Part shown: positions 23,578 through 36,924 of the stretch, piece by piece
Layout of the letters: each line of letters begins with the position of its first letter
How positions within the stretch are numbered: position 1 is the first letter of the stretch
Source: Eledone cirrhosa
Lineage: Eukaryota
Direction: 5' to 3'
Length of the DNA: 64,000 nucleotides
Assembly: GCA_964016885.1 (NCBI GenBank)
Contig: OZ024743.1
Location: forward strand, 369,272,001-369,336,000
Notes under the pieces: generated by a model
The model's input: only the letters and a program-made list of their open reading frames with translations
Database searches by the model: none
Told to the model about the DNA's origin: nothing
Translations under genes and position numbers: made by a program

Positions 23578-24193
23578 TAGAGATAAGAGGGATCAGATGT
23601 TGTTTACTCGAGAGAAGGCTACGTTGGTATGGACACGTGATGCGCATGAAAGTCGATAGCTGTATAACAAAGTGCAGGGCAATAAAGATAGACGGTAGCT
23701 ACGGAATAGGCAGACCTAGAAAAACCTGGGACGAGCTGATAAACTCCGACCTCACACACTTACACCTCTCCAAGACAATGTCACTGGACCGAGACCTTTG
23801 GCGGTACTCAGTAACAGAGAAGACCCGCCTTGCCAGTAGGCATCTCTAACAAAATACACCCCGTCCCGCCACCATCCCCACCCCATCCACACCACCCCGT
23901 TCTATGTAAAGTTATGTTGGTGCCGCGCCATCCAGGCTGAAACAAATGAGATCGTGTAGGTGTCACGACAAAAAAACACACAGTCCACGCTGTAATGTGG
24001 CCGTGTAGGCAACACGGTAAAAACCTCCCAGTCCCAGACTGTAAATGTGGTTGGTGTTAGGAAGGGCATCCAACTGTAGAAAACCTGCCAGACAGTCCTA
24101 TGCGAGCAAGACAATCACTCTTGCCTCAAGTGGGACTACCCCCGTCCAAACCCATGCAAGCGTGGAACACGGACGTTAAACGTTGATGATGAT
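23578..24193 (+). mobile_element. 3' end of an RTE-PHD LINE (last about 85 codons, 3' UTR, GAT tail)
   Basis: [28 protein letters not shown]; highly similar to 16776-17540. Confidence 0.92.
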
Positions 24194-24364
24194 AGATATG
24201 TATATATATATATGTATATGTATATATGTATATATATATGTATATATATGTATATGTATATATATGTATATGTATATATATCTATATATATTTATATGTA
24301 TGTATGTATATGTATGTATGTATATATGTATATGTATGTATGTATATATGTATATGTATATATG

Positions 24365-24413
<49 letters not shown>

Positions 24414-24414
24414 G

Positions 24415-24452
<38 letters not shown>

Positions 24453-24786
24453 TGTATGTATATATATGTATATATATATATATATATATATAAATATATA
24501 TGTATGTATGTATATATAATTGGGGAGGGTCATATTTGTGTAATATTGCCAGAATTAATAATTGCAAAACCAAATCATCGCCGCTATATATATATATATG
24601 TATATATATATGTATGTACATATATATGTATATATATATATGTATATATATATATACTTGGGGAGGGTCATATAAATGTATATGTATATATGTATATATG
24701 TATATGTATATATGTATATATATATATGTATATATGTATATGTATATATATATGTATGTGTATATATATATGTATGTATATATGTG

Positions 24787-24826
<40 letters not shown>

Positions 24827-24856
24827 TGTACATGTATATATATATATATATATATA
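24194..24856. repeat. (TA/TATG)n microsatellite with short inserted fragments (TTGGGGAGGGTCATAT x2)
   Basis: Read directly. Confidence 0.93.
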
Positions 24857-25473
24857 TAGTTATGTAATAAACAAACAATATAAGATAAATATTTCATTTA
24901 CCAGTGGTTTCTTGAAGACAGGTATTTATGTCTGTTTTCATTCATCAGAAAAAATATTTATTCATGAAGTAGTAATATGGATTTGAAAACAGAGTATAGG
25001 ATAAATGAAAGTGAGGCTGAAATAAAATCACGGGCAAAAATTGAGGGGGAAAAAATTAATAAATAAATATCCAAATACATACATAAACTCACTCATATAC
25101 GTAATAGAACGTAAACATATACATTCACACATAAATATATCTGCGTCTGCATGGAAATACAAATACACACATATGCGTGTGATCTTTCACACACATACGC
25201 AACGATGCATTGGGAAGTAGTTGAGGGACCATAGGAAATAAAATGAAAGCAAAAAGGGACGGGTTGACAACGAAAGGTGTGTGTGTGGGGGTGGGTGGGG
25301 GGGTGAGTTAAATATATATATTTACACACATATATACAACTCTGTTTTCAAATCCATATTGCTACTTCATAAATAAATATTTTTTCTGATGAATGAAGAC
25401 AGACATAAATATTTAACTTCAAGAAACTACTGGTAAATGAAATAATTATCTTATGTTGTTTATTACATAACTA
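24857..25473. mobile_element. MITE-like element with about 135-bp imperfect terminal inverted repeats
   Basis: TAGTTATGTAATAAAC...GAAAACAGAG (24857-24994) vs CTCTGTTTTC...TTATTACATAACTA (25340-25473). Confidence 0.75.
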
Positions 25474-26133
25474 AAAAGCTCTGTAGCCTACATAGAGCAC
25501 TCTCTTTTCCTTTACCTTTCCTACGAAAATACTTCATTTATATATATATATATGCACTCACATACTTATGTTTAAAAGAGTGACACAAGCACTCAACTCT
25601 TTACATGTAGTTGAAATGATAAAGACACAGTGTGTGTTTGCGCGCACACATGAACGTATGTGTAAAATGTAAATTTTGACAAACCAATGTTGGAAGTAAG
25701 AATTTAAAATAATATCAGACTTGTTTATTTTACCTTTCTTCTGCTATATTGTAATTCTCTAATAGAAATTATAAGCATTGCAACAGCAACAGCCGATGTA
25801 ATCACTTCAGACTTAGGCATATTTCAATGTTGTTTTTATTGAAGATTTTTGATAAATTTTATAATTTATTTATTTTAAATCAAATTTCCACTTTTTTAAA
25901 ACAATTTTTTCTTCCTTGTGATTTCAGACATGATTATCCCATTTTCTCTTCATTTGTTTTGTCTTTCTGTTTCCACACCCAACCTTACACACACATGCAC
26001 ATACATGCTTGCTTGTGTGTGTATATACACACACACACAGACATATATATACATACAAGACTAGAACTGTTTCATTCATAAGAAATCATCCTTACAAATG
26101 AAACAAACAGCTCTAGTCATGTAGAAGTCATTT

Positions 26134-27396
26134 CATCATCATCATCATCATCGTTTAACGTCCACCTTCCACGCTAGCATGGGTTAGACGGTTTTGTTCC
26201 ATTTGATGTGGAAATGGTCGGGAGGCGTCTCTGGCAGGTTTTTTACAGCCGGATGCCCTTCCTAAGACCAACCACATTTACAGTGTGGACTGGAAGCCTT
26301 TTCACCATGTCTTCTACATGGCCACCTTATAGTGTGGTCTGTTTTGTCAGCGACAGTGGTTGGAACAGGAGAGGGAGGATGGGGTAGAGGTGTAGGGGTG
26401 GGGTGTACATTGGGTTAAGAGGTGCCTACTGACTGTAGGTTTGTATGCAATGGCAGTCGGGTCTTCTGTACAAGGTCTCAATCCAGTATCATTGTCTTAG
26501 AGAGGTGTAGGTGAGCAAGGTCAGTTTTTATTACATCGTCCCAGGTCTTTCTTGGTCTACCCACTCTGTAGCTTCCATCAATTTTCATTGCCCTACACTT
26601 TTTTATACAGCTGTCGTCCTTCATACGCATCACATGTCCATACCAATGCAGTCTCCTCTCCAGAACACATTTGATACTTCTTATGCTTGGTTTCCCTCTT
26701 AATTTGTTTATGCTTCGCCTTTCGCGCACATTACTATTACACATCCATCAGAGGATGCAAGCTTCATTTCTTTCTAATCTACGCAGGTCTTCGGCACACA
26801 ATGCTCAAGTCTCACTACCATGTAATATCGCTGTTTGTATATATGCATCATACAATCTGCCTTTCATTTTTAGAGAAAAACCCCTTGTGGCCAACAGCGG
26901 TATTAGCTCTGAACTTTTTCCATCCCGCTCTAACTCTGGCTACTACACTTTCAGAGCACCCTCCTCCACTGCTGATTTTGTCACCCAGGTAACGGAAGGT
27001 GTCTACTATTTCTATAGAACCATCTGGGCAGTTGAAGGAGATATCATCCAGTGGGTCCTTGCTACTTACTGCACCTGAGTATTGGCCACATATAAAATCT
27101 ACATTCTTAGATAGCTTACCTCAGATCCCACTACATCTTTTATGTACCCATAGTTTGCATTTGGGACATAGACTGGAGTTTCTGCCTACTCCTTTCTTAC
27201 ACACTGAGCATGGCCATTTCCCAGAGGGTACTTGTGCCCTATTCTCCTTTCTACATACTAGAACCTTAGTCTTAGACAAGTTGACTCTAAGGTCTTTTGA
27301 TTCAAGGCCACGTTTCCATGTTTGGAACTTCCTCTCTAGTTCAGCCATGGAATCAGCTATGAGAGTTAGATCATCTGCATATAGAAGTTCCCGTTA
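26134..27396 (-). mobile_element. Degenerate 5'-truncated RTE-PHD LINE
   Basis: ELLYADDL, WPCSVCKKGVGRNSSLCPKCKLWVHKRC, RRLHWYGH, GRPRKTW, 3' UTR plus GAT tail. Confidence 0.92.
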
Positions 27397-27777
27397 GGCA
27401 TAATAAATAAATATGCCTATACTCTACTAATGTATTGAGTACCCTTTTTAATTGTGGTCACCTGTCGATATACATTGGGAATCCACCTATTATATTTACA
27501 TATATATATTACTTAGCTTCATTAAAACGTAAACAAATGTAAACTAAACCCACCACAAACTAATGCAAATCATAATGTTACCCTACTAGCAATTCTAACT
27601 ACCATACACATATTGCACTAGTCAAATTAAATTAAAATGTGTCCTTCAAAACCACACCTTAGCCCATCCAGTAAAACCACAGCCAATCTGATCTAATTAC
27701 TGGCATGAGGGCAACAGATGTCATCAGGATGCAACCATCATGTTACATAGTTTCTGTAATATTATGAGACTATATGC

Positions 27778-28010
27778 CATCATCATCATCATTTTTACAT
27801 GTTTTTCCATGTTTGCATGGGTTGGATGGTTCCGTTTCTGCACAGCATCTCTCCATACATTGTGAACCTTCGTCATCTCTCCTGTGAGGTTCAGTAATTT
27901 TAGATCAGCTCTCACCACCTCTGCCCAGATCTTTGGCCTTCCTCTATTACAGCTTCTTTCCACTGGGATTTCTTGGCACTTCTTCATCCAGTGATCATCA
28001 TCTATGTGCA
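27778..28010 (-). mobile_element. RTE LINE 3' end fragment
   Basis: KKCQEIPVERSCNRGRPKIWAEVVRADLK plus GAT tail; homologous to 57975-58290. Confidence 0.8.
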
Positions 28011-29025
28011 TATCCTCTGCTATTACTACCCACTGCCCATGTTACACACAGAGACAGACAGACAGACAGACAGAGAGAGAGAGATAATATATTGCCAAAG
28101 GGTTGAGAATGTATCAAGGGCACGGCAATCTCCCTAATGCTAGTGCCATGATGAATCACACCCAGTACACTCTGTAAAGTGTAATGTATATGGCCCGTAG
28201 TCCGTCTATGAGGGCAGTGACTCCAATTAAGTGGTGGCTTAGTTTGTGATGACCCATCCAACTTATGCTATCATGCTTATGCAGATCTAAACGATGATGA
28301 TGGCGTTTAATATATCCCTTCTCTCCACTTAAATTTATCTATTTCTCTCTTTGTTCATTCCCATTCTTTCTATCTGTCTCTCTCTCTGTTTCATTCGCCC
28401 CACTCTCTCTTTTCCTCACTCCACATGTCTATTTCAGCTTTGCTATTCCCCCCTTTCTCCTTTAGTCTCTGCTTTTCTATTTCCCCCTCTATCTCTCTTA
28501 TTTTGTCCCTCTCTATATGTATCACTCTCCCTCAATTTTCTTTGTTGCTATACATTTATAAATAATAACTCACTCAGAAATCTACTTCTATACAAAAATG
28601 GATCCTACATACATGTTTATATGTCCACCCATTTATTTGAATGTTGTCCTAAACACTGATACATACATACTAACACATCAACACATGAGTACAAATACAT
28701 ATATCAATTCATGTCCGTGAGCATTAACAGTCATGTATATAGACACATGTATATGAATGTATACATACTCACAAACACATGTTAATGCATGTGCACACAC
28801 ATATGTACATGCATGCTCACATGTGTTAATGCACACCCACACATACATGTTAATGTGTGTATACACACACTCACATGTTCAGGTATGAAATACCAAGTAT
28901 TAGAAACTCACCAAATAACCTCTTCAAATGGTTTCCGTAAAGACAGCTGTTCAAAGAAAGAATGGAACCTTTACAGATAGACAAGTTACCCTATTGAGGC
29001 TATCCCATCCCAATATCTTTTATAC

Positions 29026-29519
29026 TTATTGTATATATTTGTATATAAGCCAAAATATGTGCAAAAAAAAAAAAAAAAAATCTGGTAAAATTGGTGTTAG
29101 TTTATATTTTGTCGATTTTCACCAACTTCAAAATTCTACGAAAATGAGGTTCTAAAATATTTTCACTTTGGAGGTGAATATTACACCAGTTTCACTTTCA
29201 GTGTGAAATTTGTATTTCCTATTGTTTTTTATGTTTTGTATGAATATGGCTGTCAAAACGGTCAGAAATTGGTAATAGGTCATTACATAATAGAATTGTA
29301 AAATAAAAAAACTGTACTTTAAATTAACTTAAATCATTTTATATATCAAAATATTAAAACTTCATAAATATATTCTCCACTCATGAGAATTTAAAAACCG
29401 CTCCATTTAAACAGAATATGTTGATTTGCTGCTGCGACTTATACGCGGGGTTTAGATTTTTGGCCATTTCTCAGATATAAAATAGGGCCGGTTGGCTTAT
29501 ATTTGATTATATACACGTA
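29026..29519. mobile_element. Tc1/mariner (Tc2/pogo-type) MITE
   Basis: Ends TATTGTATATATTTGTATATAAGCC / GGCTTATATTTGATTATATACACGTA; internal homology to 46700-47139 and 55469-55760. Confidence 0.65.
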
Positions 29520-29799
29520 TGGTGTTTGAAATCTTCACAAGATGACCACTGATACTTTGAAAGATATCTTTGTTCAATGGATAGCCAAGACTTAAAAAAA
29601 TATCTAGCCAGTCATTTATTTTCTCTTTAGATGCATTTCAGTCTCTTGTTGATTTCATTACTAATTTCCTTAACCTTGATTTGTTCTGTTAACAGTTATG
29701 CTTTTTGTAAATATTCAATGTATTTCACATTTTTTTCTTAATTTTCTTCTTTGCACACATATTCCTGAGATGGTTGTGGAGGCAGTCTTCAAATATATC

Positions 29800-30128
29800 T
29801 TTCAGTGGGTCCTGTCAGAAGCAACTCTCCAATTGATCCAGCTGGATCCCCAAGCGAGACCAGCTGAGCTCATAGATGTTATCCAACCATCTTGCTTGGG
29901 GTCTACCCTTGGGTCTCTTGTTAGTTGGTTTTAGGTGTAAAATCTGTCCAGTGATTCTTTCCTGAGACATTCTACGCATGTAATTGTAGTATCAGGGCTG
30001 TGATTTCTCAATTTGGAGAAGTAGTAGCTCTTCCTGGAATGACTCTTTGATCTCTGAGCTATGCACCTTATCAAGTAACGTTACTCCAAAGACCCTGCAG
30101 AGGAACCCCATTTCGACTGCTTGAATTT
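29800..30128 (-). mobile_element. RTE (Expander/Rex3-like) LINE 3' fragment
   Basis: AVEMGFLCRVFGVTLLDKVHSSEI...KRPKGRPQARWLDNIYELSWSRLG; related pieces at 34465-34690 and 52820-53010. Confidence 0.75.
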
Positions 30129-30998
30129 ACATATATAGAAACTTTTATAATACTCGCACATAAACACATAACAATTTCTCTGCTTTTCCCTTCACACTCA
30201 TTGATAATCTATCAATATGGAAATCCAACAACAAGTTCTAAGAAGATCAATTTGTGGACTTTATACCCTTATTTGCCTATAAAGTCCTAGCATCAAGTTC
30301 TAAGAAGATTAATTTGTGTTTTTGCTATAGACCCTTGCATGAAGATGTCTGAGAGACACTAGTTGCTGTTTTGGTTACATAGTTGTGAAAATCATAAGGG
30401 CCCCAAACCAAGTTTTGATAAATCGATTAAGCTGTATCTGAAATGTATTTTAATGGTTTTAGTCTTATGATTAGTAATAAACTCTGAACAGTTGATAAAA
30501 AGGTTCTGACTTAGGAACAAGGCCAACAATTTTGTGTTACTGATACTTTATTTTAACAACCCCGTAATGATGAAAGGCAAAGCTAACCTCTGGTTTCTCC
30601 TCGCCTTTTACTGAAAACACAGTTGATGTGTGGCTGTCATATTGCCTGTCTTTGATAAAAAACAAAAATCTTTCTGTTAAAAATAGATATTGATTTCTAA
30701 GACCAGTAAAAGGCCTCAATGAAAATATAAATTATTAATTCACCAAAGGACTTAAAAGTAGACTCGACCTTTGAAAAAGTTTACTAGAACCATAGTACCA
30801 TCTCTATATTATACATAATTATTTTTAGAAACATAAACCAGTTTGTAAGCTTTACTGAGTAGTTTGTATTTTGTGGTCGGTTAACATCTTCTTTTGCATG
30901 ATGTATTTGAGAATAGTATTAGTAGTAGTTTTTGTTTTCTGGTCTACTACTTTCTTTTGTATGTCTACTTCTATGTTTGTTGTTTTTGTTTTGTGTGT

Positions 30999-31035
<37 letters not shown>

Positions 31036-31039
31036 CACA

Positions 31040-31572
31040 CACACACAAGTTGTCTCGTGAGACAGGTCAGATCAAGTGGTCTTGCTCATACAGAACTAAT
31101 TCTGGGTTGGTTTCTACAGCTGGATGCCCTTTCTATTTTAATGCCAACCACATTTACAGTGTGTACTAGGTGCTTTTTGTCATGACACCTACATGACCAC
31201 TTTACAGTGTGAGCTGGGCGCTTTTTGTTGTGACACCTGCACAACCACATTACAGTGTGGGCTTGGGTGTTGGATGGGGGATTGGGGAGATAGATATCTG
31301 GACATGGGTGAGGGGTGGGGTTAGGGCGTGGATGGGGGTGTTAGTATGTGGGAGGTGTAGGAAAGGGAAGGTGTAGGAAAGGGAAGGTGTTGCATACTAG
31401 AGATATGCAGTAATACAGAAGACCTGTCTTTCGATGTGCATGGGTTGAAACATAACACCAGAGATCTTGGTCTTGTGTCATCGCCTTTGAGAGGTGAATT
31501 GTGCAAGGTTAGCTTTTATTACCTCATCCTAAATCTTCTGAGGTCTTCCTAGTCCATAGCTTCCATCAACTT
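31040..31572 (-). mobile_element. Degenerate RTE 3' end and 3' UTR
   Basis: CTACAGCTGGATGCCC...CCAACCACATTTACAGTGTG and a GRPQKI-like coding tail. Confidence 0.7.
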
Positions 31573-31589
31573 TATTTAAGTGAAATTCA

Positions 31590-32535
31590 TTACAGATATT
31601 TAAATAGTTGTATGTATGTTTATTTAATGACATATTTTCCATTGTGTTCCACTACCGTTTGCCATCTTTGAGGCAACTTCAGGATCCCACCCACCCAGAA
31701 CTTGACATCCTTCTGGGTCATGAACTGGTCCAGGTGGTCTTTGCAGTCTTCTAATGAATTGGAGTTCTTCCCATTAAGAAAATATTATAGTGATCGGAAT
31801 AGATGATAATCCGAAGATGCAAGGTAAGGTGAATATGGTAGGACATCCCAGCCAAGCTGGACCAATTTCGTGGAAGGAGTTCATAATATATAATACCCTT
31901 CCAATTCCACCAGATACAAAGCATTACCTTCTTCGGATACTGACTAGCTGTTGGAATGGTTGAAGGTGGTTCATTTCATTTTCTCCACCTTCTCTTATGC
32001 TCCACATTGTTGTAAACAATCCATTTTTCATCACCTATGATCATTTTTTTCAAAATGGATTATTTAAAAAAAATTTTTTTAGCAGAGAATCACAGATGGA
32101 AATGCGCTCAATTAAAATTTTTTCAAATAAATTATGAGGCACTCAAACATCATAGCGATTCACGTAAATTGTAACACTCATATGGGATATGTGAAGTATC
32201 TCTGCAATGTCTCGCGCTCTGTTACCTGGATTATGTTTGATTAAAATCTCTATTTGGTCATTATCAACTATAATGAGGTCAAAAGTTTTGGCTCTAAACC
32301 TAGCAAACCACTTGCGAACGGTACTATCAGCTATGGTACCATCTCTATAAACAGCACATATCTTTATTGCTTTTTGTGCAGCATTCTTTCCTTTCCTGAA
32401 ATAAAAGAGCATGAAATGATGAAAATGTATCTCATTTCCCCCCATTTTAAATTTTATCATAAAAACAGAAGTAAATAATCTGCACAATATTGAGAATAGA
32501 AAAATGTGTTGAGATTTCCTCTTTCAGAAAATATA
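31590..32535 (-). pseudogene. Mariner transposase relic
   Basis: HFHHFMLFYFRKGKNA..ICAVY..STVRKWFARFR, WIVYNNV, WKGIIY, PYSPYLASSDYHLFRSL across frameshifts. Confidence 0.9.
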
Positions 32536-32539
32536 TATA

Positions 32540-34362
32540 TATGAAGACTGGGAAGGCAACCGGTCCATTGGGTATAGCTGCCAAAATGCTAAAAGCATCT
32601 GGGTCAGTAGGTCACACCATAACCACACGTATTGTTAACCAGGTAATACTAGAGAGTGTCATACCAAAGGATTGGTGCAGAAGCATCATTGTCAACTGCG
32701 ACAAGGGTAAAGGAGATGCACTAGATAGAGGAAACTATAGAAGTATAAAGCTGATGGACCAGATCATGAAAGTAACGGAAAGAGTTATAACACAGTTGAT
32801 TAGGGACTGGATAAAACTAGATGAGATGCAATTTGGGTTTGTACCAGGAAAAGGCACCACTGATGCCCTCTTCTTTGAGAGGCAGTTACAGGAAAAGTAC
32901 CTAGCTAAAAGTAAGCTGCTCTACCTGGCATTTGTCGATCTGGAAAAAGCCTTCGACAGAGTGCCCCATGCTATAATCTGGTGGGCTCTTAGAAAACTAG
33001 GAGTAGATGAATGGCTTGTGTAAGCCGTACAAGCCATGTATAGGGGAGCAATCAGCAAAGTTAGGGTTAACAATGACTAAAGCGAGGAATTTAGCATACA
33101 GGTCGGTGTCCACCAGGGCTCTGTTCTTAGCCCTCTCCCGTTTATTATAGTATTGCAGGCTATAACAGGAGTTTAAGTCCAGATGTCGATGGGAACTCTT
33201 GTATGCAGATGATCTTACACTTATAGCTGAATCTATAGTGGAACTAGAGAAGAAATTCCAAACATGGAAGAAGGGACTAGAAAGACAAAGGTTCTCGTAA
33301 GTAGACAAGAAAACAACCCAGATCCCCTCAGGGAAATGGCCTTGTTCAGTATATAGGAAAGGTGTAGGTAGGAATTCCATCCTCTGCACCAAATGCAAAC
33401 AATGGGTACACAAGAGATGTATTGGGATCTCAGGAAGCTTAGCTAAGAATGTAGGCTTTACATGTAGCATTTGCACTGGAACAGTAAGCAGCAAATGACT
33501 GTAGGGCACAAGCACCACCAAACTCTGCCTTTGCTACCTAGGTGACCGAATTAGCAGTGGAGGTGGGTGTTTTGAAAGTACAGTAACCAGGGTAAGAACA
33601 AGATGGAAGAAATTCAGGGAGCTACTGCCACTGCTAGCTGCAAGGCTTTTCCCTCAAAATGAAAGGCAGACTGTATGATGCATGCATACGAACAGCAATG
33701 TTACATGATAGTGAGACCTGGGCATTGTGTGTAGAAGACTTGCATAGATTAGAAAGAAACGAAACTTGCGTGCTCTGATGGATGTGAAATAGTAATATAC
33801 ACTAACGGCAAAGCATAAACAAATTGAGAGAGAGACTGAGCATAAGAGGAATCAAATGCTGTGTGCAGGAGAGGAGGTTGCGTTGGTATGGACATGTGAT
33901 GCATATGAAGGATGACAGCTGCATAAAAAGGTGCAGAGCACTAGAAGTCGATGGAAGCCGTGGAGTGGGGAGACCCAAGAAGACCTGGGATGACACAGGA
34001 CTGTGACCTCTGGTGGCACGCAGTAATACAGAAGACCCGACCTCCCATGGGTACAAGCCAAAGCTGAAGCATATAGACAATATTCCCCCACCCCCTCCCA
34101 CTGTACAGTGGTCGTGGAGGTCCCACTACAAAAAAGCACCCAGCCCACACTGTAAAGTGGTCGTGTAGGTGCCATGGAAAAAAGGCACCCAGCACTCACT
34201 GTAAATGAGGTTGGTGTTAGGAAGAGCATCCAGCTGTAGAAATCAAGCCAAAATCAGTTCCTGTATGAGCAAGACAAGGTCACCCAACCTGGCACTGCCC
34301 TCAACCCGTCTAACCCATGCTAGCGTGGAAGAATGGACGTAAAACGGTGATGATAATGATGA
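32540..34362 (+). mobile_element. Degenerate 5'-truncated RTE-PHD LINE, apparently inserted in the mariner 5' UTR
   Basis: MKTGKATGPLG, MQFGF, FVDLEKAFDRV, LYADDL, PHD remnant, LRWYGH, 3' UTR plus GAT tail; many stops. Confidence 0.93.
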
Positions 34363-34443
34363 CATATGCTTCTGTCATTTGATCAAATAAGTCACGTGAT
34401 TAAACATGACTGAAAGGCTACGGACTTTTGTTACAACTCATTA
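34363..34443 (-). mobile_element. Probable 5' TIR end of the mariner at 31590-32535
   Basis: rc begins TAATGAGTTGTAACAAAAGTCCG (mariner TIR-like) and joins the mariner leader across the RTE at an ATAT site. Confidence 0.45.
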
Positions 34444-35141
34444 TCATCATCAGAGCTTTGCACTCTATCAAGTAACCTTGCTCCAAACACCCTTCAGAGG
34501 AACCCCATTTCAGCTGCTTGTATTCGCGATCGTATACTGTTGGTTGTTACCCAATATTCATGACCATAGGTGAGGGTTGGCACTGATACCGAATTGAAAA
34601 TAACGAGTTTGGCTTTTACGCCTTCCTCCCTTCTGATTACAGAAATGTTGAAGCTGGCGCATTACTACACCAGCTCCTGCGATTCTTGCACTTAAACAGC
34701 CTCATCATCATCACCGTTTAACATCTTATTTTCCATGCTGGATCAGACGGGTCATCTATGTTATGAAGCAAGTCTGACCAGATGGTCGCACCGTACCTTG
34801 CTCAAATGGAACAGCATTTTGGCTTTGTTTTTTTTTCAGCTGGATGCCCTTCAGTGTGGAACTGGATGATCTCGTTATAAGGTGGATCTGGCTATTTGAC
34901 CGCGCTGTACTTTGCTCAAATGGAACTGTATTTGGGCCAGGTTTTTTTACAGCTGAATGCCCTTCCTAACACAATATATAAATATAAGTGTGTGTGATTA
35001 TATATATATATATACACAAAATGCCAGCACCAACAGTTTTGCAAGAGATGTCAACAGGAATGGACCTGTTATTTTTATCTAAAGACATTTTTTCCATTTC
35101 CAACCCGCCTCTCCCCTGAATCTATCTTATTTCTCATTCTT

Positions 35142-35177
35142 TCTTCTGATGAAGGACTAGCGTCCGAAACGTTAAGA
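35142..35177 (+). ncRNA. Minimal type I hammerhead ribozyme in a solo pLTR (about 35060-35270) of the Neptune-like PLE
   Basis: TCTT / CTGATGA / A-GGAC-TAGC-GTCC / GAA / ACGT / T / AAGA. Downstream 100 nt homologous to rc of 60520-60625. Confidence 0.82.
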
Positions 35178-35261
35178 CCCTCTTTCTGCTATATCAAATG
35201 TTAACTTAATATATCCCTTCTATATGCTGTACCGATTGTGTTGTTATTTCTGTTTACCTTT

Positions 35262-35293
<32 letters not shown>

Positions 35294-35991
35294 TAGGATT
35301 GTAACAATAGACAATCTCCATTGTTACAACCCAAGTGTGCACGCAACTTCCAAAACCTCCTCATTCGCAGCTCTCTTTCTCCCCTGTATCCCTACCCTGC
35401 TCCTGACCCCACTGACACATTTGCTATTATATTGTGAAAATGAGGGGAGGGGTGTTGAATGTTGACACTAGTTACTGGCTGGCGATTTTTGGTTATATAT
35501 ATATATATACATACATACACATCATGTATTTATGTGCACACATACACACACATATATATCATCATTTTATGTCTGGTAGTCTTGTAAATCCCATGACAAA
35601 CTCACTAGTGCTGGTATTGCAGTAAAATGTACTCAGTACACTCTGTAAAGTGGTTGACATTAGGAAGAGCATACAATGTTTAGCTGCACTACACTTATTG
35701 ATATGCCAAAGTATCTGCATTGTCACTCATGTGCTGCCAATGTTACAACTAAATTTAACTCAATAAACATTTTTCTATTTTTAATCTGTGTGTCACATAG
35801 TTAAGTTGTCCTTGTTAGAGTAGCATCTTCATTAATTATATAGAAGATGGAACTTTAACTTTGAAATTGTTCAAGAATACTATAAATATATAAATTAGAT
35901 TAATTCAATAAATATCTTCAACAACGTTAGTACAGTTGCTTTTGTTTCCATCACTTAAATCAGTAATTTATATTAAGACATCCTTTCATAA

Positions 35992-36180
35992 TAATTGTTT
36001 CTACTTTTGGCACAAGGCCAGCAATTACTCCAGTGTATTACTGGTATTTTATTTTATCGACCCCGTAAGTATAAAAGGCAAAGTTCATCCTGGCGGGATT
36101 TGAACTCAGACTGTAAAGGGCCGTAACTCTATGCTGCAAAGCATGGCGTCCGAACCTCTCCGATACTGTCAATTCACTGC
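35992..36180 (-). mobile_element. tRNA-derived SINE with Nin/Deu-type core
   Basis: rc GAGTTCAAATCCCGCC..AACTTTGCCTTT..GGGGTCGATAAAA..TACCAGT..GGCCTTGTGCCAAAAGTAGAAACAATTA. Other copies at 36594-36790 (+), 40098-40222 (-), 46225-46370 (-). Confidence 0.8.
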
Positions 36181-36924
36181 CAATTCACTGCTAACATCCT
36201 TTTATAATGACGTTGCACAGAGGTACTTAACTGGAGTTTTCCATGTCTGGTGTATTGAGACCAACAAATCACTTGTGTTGAATCAGTTATCTCTGTAAAG
36301 TGCTGACTAGGACTCTTCACCACCACTACCACTACTAATGACGTTGATCCACCTCTTACCACTACTGATGCCCCCCTCACACACATATTCTCAACTACCA
36401 ACAACAATAGAGGCAGAATTTAACAGACTAAAAATCTTCAGTATAAGTTGAGAACCAATCCTATTTCCTTTTAGATGGAAAGATCTCTTATGTCACTTAT
36501 GAGATGTTTTCATTATTTACCAGAAGAAAAAAAAAAAAAAAATGCCAATCCAAATATGGAATATATCAGAATTTAATATTATCTATTTATATATGGTGGT
36601 AGATTGATAGGATTGGTAGAGCATTGGACAAAATCCTATTGTGGTATTTGTTTTGGTTCTTTACCTTTTGAGTTCAAATCTCATGAAAGTCAACTTTGCC
36701 TTTCACCCTATCGGGGTCAATAAAATATAGTACTAATCAAGTACTGGGGTTGATTTAATCAACCTTGCTATTCCTCCAAATTTGATGGCTATTCTTGTAT
36801 TATTTTACGCTTTTACTGGTTTCAGTAATTTGACTGCGGCCATGCTGGAGGCACCACCTTCGCTAGCAATCAATTTATTCATGTAAGAGTCAATTTGTGT
36901 GTGTAGGGTTTTTTTTTTTTTCTG

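Noticed and set aside
24857-25473. Second edited hairpin
   Set aside because: Only about 10 differences of mixed type (about 6 G.T, 2 A.C, 2 other); compatible with ordinary TIR decay.
30325-30370. Hammerhead-like ATGAAGATGTCTGAGAGACACTAGT (also near-misses at about 5900, 7882, 43508, 43585, 45089)
   Set aside because: Missing GAAA box or CUGA box; cannot be supported.
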